From: Nostoc sp.
GTDB taxonomy: Bacteria; Cyanobacteriota; Cyanobacteriia; Cyanobacteriales; Nostocaceae
Length of the DNA: 64,000 bases
Assembly (NCBI GenBank): GCA_036918135.1
Contig: JBALDB010000005.1
Location: forward strand, 96,001-160,000
Direction of reading: 5' to 3'
Position 1 is the first letter of the stretch. Each line of letters opens with the position of its first letter. Shown one piece after another: positions 59,779 through 64,000 of the stretch. The notes beneath the pieces were generated by a model that was not told where the DNA came from, did not search any database, and saw nothing but the letters and a program-made list of their open reading frames with translations. The position numbers and the translations under genes were made by a program.

Positions 59779-62526
59779 TCAATTCTCGCGCCGCAATATT
59801 CTATCAATCAATTGCTGATTTTCTTTGCCTTCTGCTTGTTTGAAATATTCAATAGCAATTTTTCCAGCAGTAGGTTGCTCCTTTGCAACTGCAAGCAGTA
59901 ACCTAAGAGTTTGCTGAAGTTGGATTTTCTCAAGCTGCTTAGTTGCAAATACAGGTAGGATCGAGACAGCCATTATTAACCCCAATAATGGCGGAAAAAG
60001 GGGAATCCACCAAGCTTGTAAAAATGCCAAATAACTAAATAGGATTAATATTAGTCCGGTGCTAATGATGACAAGCACTAATTGTCCAAGTGATTTTAAT
60101 CGCCAACTAACTAATGCTCCTATCCCACACCAAAATAAAATCCATAAGCTTTCCCATGTTTCAGACCAAGTTCGGATTATTCCTTTTCCTTCTAGTGCAG
60201 CAGTTAATAATTGACTGATAATATTAGCATGAATAAATACTCCTGCCATTTGTTTTGATGACCCAAATAGCCGATTGTTATAAGGTGTTTGAAACAAGTC
60301 ATTGATACTTTCGGCTGTTGCACCAATAAGAACAATACGATTTTGAATTTTTTCTTTTGGTATCCGTTCTTGCAACAAATCTATGATAGAAAAGCTTTGA
60401 AAACGTCGATCTGTACCGTAATAGTTAAGTAAAATTTGATAGCCTCCAGTATCAGCTCGGACATAGCCTCCATCAAAAGGTTGCAAAGGAATCAATAAGG
60501 CTTTGCCCAGCTGGATATAATAGCGATTTTGAGGATGAGAATGGGGAGTAATGCCAAGAGTTTTTAAGTATTGCAATGCTAATTGTAAGCTTAAACTCTG
60601 GCGGATTTTACCTTTTGGCAATGTCTGCGACGAACGCACTGTTAATAAGGCACGACGTACCTTACCATCTCTATCCAATACTTGGTCGCTAAAACCTACT
60701 TGACCAGATTGAGCTAATATCCTGGGCGGTGCAACCTTAGTACCTACAACTTTATCAATACCAACAAGATTGGAAGTATTTTTAAACAATTCTACTAATT
60801 CTTGATACCCTGGTTCTACTGGCAAATCTCGATATAAATCTAATCCAATTAATTTAGGTTCGTAGGTTTTTAAATTTTTGATTGCTTTAGCTAAAATACT
60901 ATCAGGTATAGGGTATTGTCCTATTTGTTGCAAGTCTGGTTCATCAATTGTAATTACTACAATATGAGGTTCAATTCCTGCCTGGGTTCGTTGTTGTAAA
61001 AAGTTATCGAACAGATTCCATTCTATCCCTTGCAATAAACCTATGAAGCGCAGCAGGAGAATAAAACTAGTAATGCCAACTGCAAAGCCAGCAATGCACG
61101 GTTTAGCAAGGCGTACATGAATAGTGTTTAATTTAGCAGTTTTTCGAGCTTCTGCCAAAATATGATTCGCTTCCTTAGCAGCAGCAAGAGCAAATTGGGC
61201 TTTTTCTAGTTTAATTTTTTCGGCATTTAAACTTATTTCAATTTCTTGATTTTCTAACTCTTGGCTGGCAGCTAAAAATCGATAATCTAGGTTAGAAAGC
61301 TTTTTCTTTTCTGACCAAGCTAGTGCTTCTTTTAATCTTATCCCTTTTAATAATTGAGATTCATCTTGCTGACTACTAGCAACCCAAATGTTGATTCTTT
61401 GAGAATATGGACGTAGAAGTTCTAAATTTTTATTAATCCATTCTAAATTAAAGATATTTTGATAAATTTTATTTTTAATTTTGACTTTTCCTTGAGAATT
61501 AATAATTAAACCCGATAAAAACAATTCAAACTTTTCTCTACTATCATCAATTATGACTTCTTCTCCTGCTAAAATCTGCTGATATACTCCCAACAATCTT
61601 CCTGCCGTTTGTTCATCATCTAAAATTCGCAAGCTAATAGTTTTTAAATGTTCTGGCTCATCTTGAAACTCCCAATTATTTATAATGTATGACTTGACTA
61701 AATTAGCAATAAACAATTGATACTTATTAACTGGTATCTGCTGATATTGCCATTCTTGATTTGCCACAATTTGACATAGCTTTTGAGTCAGAAAAGGTTG
61801 TCCTCCAGTCCAATCTAATATTTCTTTTAAAAGAACTTGAGTATTTGCTATTTTTCCTTCTAATCCTTTTGTTAAAACCAGAGCTTCATTTAGTTTAAAG
61901 CCTTGAAGTTCTATTGATTTACCAATATTAAAGGGTGTATGTTTTTTATCTTGAATAAAATCTGATGGTGCTGCTACTCCAAAAATAGCAAAAGTAATAC
62001 GTTTATATTCAGGATTAATTGCACGTTGATTATAGCAAAACCGAATCAGTGCAAAAAAATCATCAACTGAGAAATCTAAACTGAGAATACTATCGACTTC
62101 ATCAATAAAAATAACCAATTTTTTTTGAGGAAAATGAAAGCATAATAATTCTTCAATAAACCATCTTAATCTTTGGAGTAAAGATATATCTTCTTGTTCG
62201 CGCCACCAAATTTTTAAGTTGATTTTATCTAATAAATTAAAACCCAACCATAAATCACAAACTACACTTTTATACCACTGGAGTGGGGTAATGTGTGAGG
62301 TGCCAATAATCGACATATCAATAGTACTGCATTTAAAACCTTCTTGTTCCAAACGATGTTTTGTACTTGCAAGCAGAGAGGATTTACCCATTTGCCGAGA
62401 GTTCAGTACACAGCAAAACTCTCCCTGCTTTAGAGCTTGATAAAATTGGGAGTCTGCTTGTCTTAGTACATAACTTGGTGCATTAATTGTCAGACTACCA
62501 CCAACTTGGTATTTATAATTAGTCAT
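59779..62526 (-). CDS. AAA-like (AAA_35) ATPase + CHASE2 membrane protein
   Basis: YQVGGSL start (ATG 62526), SRQMGKSSL Walker A, IFIDEVD Walker B, GLDLYRD / DRDGKVRR / MAGVFIHA CHASE2 motifs, C-terminal TMs. Confidence 0.88.
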   Translation of the reverse strand: MTNYKYQVGGSLTINAPSYVLRQADSQFYQALKQGEFCCVLNSRQMGKSSLLASTKHRLEQEGFKCSTIDMSIIGTSHITPLQWYKSVVCDLWLGFNLLDKINLKIWWREQEDISLLQRLRWFIEELLCFHFPQKKLVIFIDEVDSILSLDFSVDDFFALIRFCYNQRAINPEYKRITFAIFGVAAPSDFIQDKKHTPFNIGKSIELQGFKLNEALVLTKGLEGKIANTQVLLKEILDWTGGQPFLTQKLCQIVANQEWQYQQIPVNKYQLFIANLVKSYIINNWEFQDEPEHLKTISLRILDDEQTAGRLLGVYQQILAGEEVIIDDSREKFELFLSGLIINSQGKVKIKNKIYQNIFNLEWINKNLELLRPYSQRINIWVASSQQDESQLLKGIRLKEALAWSEKKKLSNLDYRFLAASQELENQEIEISLNAEKIKLEKAQFALAAAKEANHILAEARKTAKLNTIHVRLAKPCIAGFAVGITSFILLLRFIGLLQGIEWNLFDNFLQQRTQAGIEPHIVVITIDEPDLQQIGQYPIPDSILAKAIKNLKTYEPKLIGLDLYRDLPVEPGYQELVELFKNTSNLVGIDKVVGTKVAPPRILAQSGQVGFSDQVLDRDGKVRRALLTVRSSQTLPKGKIRQSLSLQLALQYLKTLGITPHSHPQNRYYIQLGKALLIPLQPFDGGYVRADTGGYQILLNYYGTDRRFQSFSIIDLLQERIPKEKIQNRIVLIGATAESINDLFQTPYNNRLFGSSKQMAGVFIHANIISQLLTAALEGKGIIRTWSETWESLWILFWCGIGALVSWRLKSLGQLVLVIISTGLILILFSYLAFLQAWWIPLFPPLLGLIMAVSILPVFATKQLEKIQLQQTLRLLLAVAKEQPTAGKIAIEYFKQAEGKENQQLIDRILRREN

Positions 62527-62901
62527 AAGTTTATAAAAGAATGTCAGTATGTCGAAAAGTTTTACGCTTGCTAAAAAAATCGCTCTGGAAAAATCCAAAT
62601 TCAGATCCGAATTTGAGTCAGCCTTAGTCAATGTAACTCAACTTCATGTTATGTTATCCTCAGAAAAGGTAGTAATATTCCCTATATTTAATCACTTGCT
62701 GAGTGTTACAATATTCTTTATAAAAGATGAAGCGATCGCTCTAACTATAAAATCAATAAGGCAATAATTTTAGAGTAAATTAGCAAACAAAATAAATTCG
62801 CGTATATTTGCTCAAATTTTAGTTAAAAAAATTAATAATTTTACAACTTGCAAAAGTTAGTTTACGACTCGCTAAACTTGATTCATATCACAATTTACCC
62901 A

Positions 62902-63684
62902 CTAACTCGAAGCACTAGTATAAAACCGTAACGCAAATCGCCAAAACCAAGTAGAAACGAAAAATAGCACCACTGCTAATACTCCTGCACCCATCAACCA
63001 AGTAATTTCACCTTGACCTAGCAGCGCTTGAGATGGAATAGTAGTTAAAAAAGCTACTGGTACTACATAAGTAAAGAAAAAGCGGTAAACAGTTGGAAAA
63101 GCTGTAATTGGATATCTTCCTGCTTCCAATAAACCACGTAGTACTTCAGTAACATTGTATATTTTAACAAACCAGATAGTTGTAGACCCAAGTATAAACC
63201 ACAAGCTGTAGAGAATCACTAAGCCAAACAACAATGGCACTACACTCAATAGATAGTTGTTTATTTCTACGCCGAGGCGTTGACCTGCATAGCCAATGAT
63301 GATGCAGCCAAAGATTAAATCTGGTAGTCCCCAAGGTGAAATGGTGTGGGTGGATAGCCAAAACTGACTGCGAATAGGTTTTAATAATATAAAGTCAAGA
63401 GTGCCTTCTTGCACATGCCGGACAATGCGATTTAAGTTTGGCGCCAGAAAAGTGGCAGCAAACCCTTGTAGTAAAGTAAAAATTCCCAGAACTACTAAAG
63501 CTGCTTCCCATGACCAGCCAGCAAAAGTATAGCCGGTACGGTAAAACAAGAATAGTCCAAAGACGCTGCCCACAAGATTCCCCATGCTCGTAAGGCTAGC
63601 TATGAGAAAGTTGATGCGATACTCAAACTCAGCTGCGATCGCTGCACTCCAAAATAGTCTTAGTACTTTCCAATATCTTTGCAT
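62902..63684 (-). CDS. ABC-2 family transporter permease (DUF990-like)
   Basis: EYRINF, GTLDFILLKP, GRYP motifs; about six TM helices. Confidence 0.85.
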   Translation of the reverse strand: MQRYWKVLRLFWSAAIAAEFEYRINFLIASLTSMGNLVGSVFGLFLFYRTGYTFAGWSWEAALVVLGIFTLLQGFAATFLAPNLNRIVRHVQEGTLDFILLKPIRSQFWLSTHTISPWGLPDLIFGCIIIGYAGQRLGVEINNYLLSVVPLLFGLVILYSLWFILGSTTIWFVKIYNVTEVLRGLLEAGRYPITAFPTVYRFFFTYVVPVAFLTTIPSQALLGQGEITWLMGAGVLAVVLFFVSTWFWRFALRFYTSASS

Positions 63685-63816
63685 CTTGCACCCTTGAGCC
63701 GATTTTAACTTTAAAATAACAAAAGAACTTTATATAAATTTAATATTACTTTTTATTTAAGAAAATTATTGAACGTTAAGATCTGGTGGATCTATTATTC
63801 AAAGCTCAGAAGTTTT

Positions 63817-64000
63817 ATGCATCTAGATTTACCACAACTGATTCAATCACTCGGCTACTTTGGGGTGTGGGCAATTGTTTTTGCTGAATCTGGCTTGTTA
63901 ATTGGTTTTTTTCTGCCAGGAGATAGTTTATTATTCACTGCTGGATTTCTTGCGTCTGTTCCCAACTCACAACTTAACATTTGGGTTCTGATTTTTGGTG
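63817..64000 (+). CDS. DedA-family membrane protein (partial, runs off the window)
   Basis: Manual translation [43 protein letters not shown]. Confidence 0.85.
   Translation, partial: MHLDLPQLIQSLGYFGVWAIVFAESGLLIGFFLPGDSLLFTAGFLASVPNSQLNIWVLIFG

Overview
Window from a filamentous, probably heterocyst-forming cyanobacterium (Nostocales-like: frequent HIP1 GCGATCGC sites, heptamer STRR repeats, MITE/SDR-type small repeats). 1-34.3 kb is mostly ordinary chromosome: fosX-like, glgP, fghA, a two-component system with a Spy/CpxP-like gene, the treZ-treY-treH operon with a 14x21-bp tandem repeat, a hybrid PAS kinase, GST, a Rieske oxygenase, trmFO and an M23 peptidase. Just 3' of tRNA-Arg(CCG) lies a 3,776-bp degraded type V-K CRISPR-associated transposon (34431-38206). 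It keeps both ends, a GTTAT target duplication, a 17-nt tRNA-homing spacer and a 3-repeat array; cas12k, cvkR and tnsB are truncated and no tracrRNA, tnsC or tniQ is left. Outside that element (38.8-55.4 kb, minus strand) is an unusual cyanobactin (RiPP) cluster: patA, two precursors with long cores I do not recognise, patB, patF, patD, a stand-alone oxidase and a patG with a greatly enlarged macrocyclase insertion. The most striking feature is that PatC is not a small free protein but the C-terminal tail of a 640-aa multi-lectin protein (putative beta-trefoil + cyanovirin-N + LamG). It is paired with a paralogous putative beta-trefoil + jacalin gene, and a cyanovirin-type pseudogene sits upstream of patA. 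The window ends with CHAT, DUF928, AAA-CHASE2, an ABC-2 permease and a partial dedA. All family calls are by-eye motif recognition; no database searches were run.
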